Source of the DNA: Massalongia carnosa
Taxonomy: Eukaryota
DNA: 64,000 nucleotides
Direction of reading: 5' to 3'
NCBI GenBank assembly: GCA_965645245.1
Contig: OZ287075.1
Coordinates: 1,302,001-1,366,000, forward strand
A model generated the notes under the pieces. The model worked only from the letters and a program-made list of their open reading frames with translations, was not told the origin of the DNA and made no database searches. Shown here in pieces: positions 62,897 through 64,000 of the stretch. Numbering within the stretch: position 1 is the first letter of the stretch; each line of letters opens with the position of its first letter. The position numbers and the translations under genes are program-made.

Positions 62897-64000
62897 ATGC
62901 CTTCGCGGACCATCATTCGAGCGCTTTGTATGGTTGCTTTTTGCCTGTTTTTCTCCATTTCTAGCTTGCGACGACGATACTGGACTTCAGATACGACACA
63001 TCTCGCACCACGGCTTGCTCCTGGCATCGGATTTGATTTGACAACTTCTTATGGGTGTGCTTTCCTACTGTTACAAGGAAGTTTTCCACGCTGACATTCG
63101 TTTAAAAGGACGGCAGTGATCCGAAATCATGACGGGTCGTTTGAGAATGTCGCCAAGGTACAAGCTAGCTTGGAATATAGAAAGATGATGCAACGGCTCT
63201 CGTTGAAATCTTCAAGACATCTAAGGTAGAAAACCGCCCCTACCCGAATCATGTTATTCTATCCGTATCCTTTTCGTTGAGTCTGACAGTTTCAGCCCAC
63301 CATACAGGAAACTAAGAGAATCTTTCCAAGATGAGCCACGACGAATTTGGAGGTCTATAAGAAGGCTATTAGGATTGCCTACATCCTACGAAGTCGGATT
63401 GATCAACGACCTCATCCAGCAGCTGCGTACGAAAACAGAGGCGAAGCTCGGTCACAGCATGGACTCAGTCGTGGTCTCATTCTCACATAACGTCGCCTTA
63501 TACGAAGAAGACATCGTCGATGCCATCCAGTATGCCCGACTCAAGTCTTTGACCAACAAGTCATTTCGGTTCCAACCACACCAGCTTTCTGCAGCATTCG
63601 CTGGAAGCGGCATTGGACTCTGCACTAAGTTTCTCGACGACCAAACCTGCGATAAAGAAGAGGCCGCGTTCCCCTACGAGCAGGTCCTCGCGCTTTCATA
63701 TACGAAGGATGCCTTGGAGGCTTCCCTGTCAACGCTAAAAACTCCATACGAACCCTACGAGCCCGCCCATCATCATCTCATCGACTGGGACTCAGGCCAC
63801 AGCTCCTTGGCCACCCACAGCCGTCCCGATGCCTTCTGGGCCGTAGTCCGTCGCAGGATCCTCGAGCTCAGTTATCGGGACTACCCAACCCGACGCATCA
63901 CGACCGTTCTGTTGCTTGGAGAAAGCAGCACCGACAAGGATTTTCAGCGCGTGCTTGTGGACGCATTGTCCGCGTATCAGGAGCACCTCCCCGTCATCTA
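62897..64000 (+). CDS. Conserved fungal hypothetical protein, probable Hsp70/actin-like (ASKHA) fold, partial at window edge
   Basis: N-terminal hydrophobic segment, GIGFDLTTSYG|TAVIRNHDGS, RLLGLPTS, ALYEEDIVDAIQYA, SAAFAGSGIGLC, VLLLGES; two GT-AG introns; frame open to 64000. Confidence 0.7.

Overview
Intron-containing filamentous ascomycete (Pezizomycotina-like) genomic DNA. Host genes: a conserved low-complexity hypothetical gene, SOD1, Tudor-SN (SND1), transaldolase (TAL1), a large fungal AlkB-type 2OG-Fe(II) dioxygenase, and an Hsp70/actin-fold-like gene running off the right edge. Mobile DNA is dense: a young Tad-type LINE with intact ORF2, Tc1/pogo relics, a degenerate Crypton (tyrosine recombinase), a Copia element and a solo LTR. 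The main result is a 16.07-kb composite Mutator (MULE) unit at 27857-43925. It is built from two inverted MULE copies, bounded by one 9-bp target duplication (ATGAAACAG), and splits an SDR gene. It carries a hydrolase-NB-ARC-TPR fungal NLR plus nested elements as cargo. The second is an 871-bp non-coding nested foldback element at 24330-25200, between SND1 and TAL1. It has repeated bulged C-GAA-G hairpins showing compensatory base changes. All calls were made by eye and from recalled family motifs; no searches were run.
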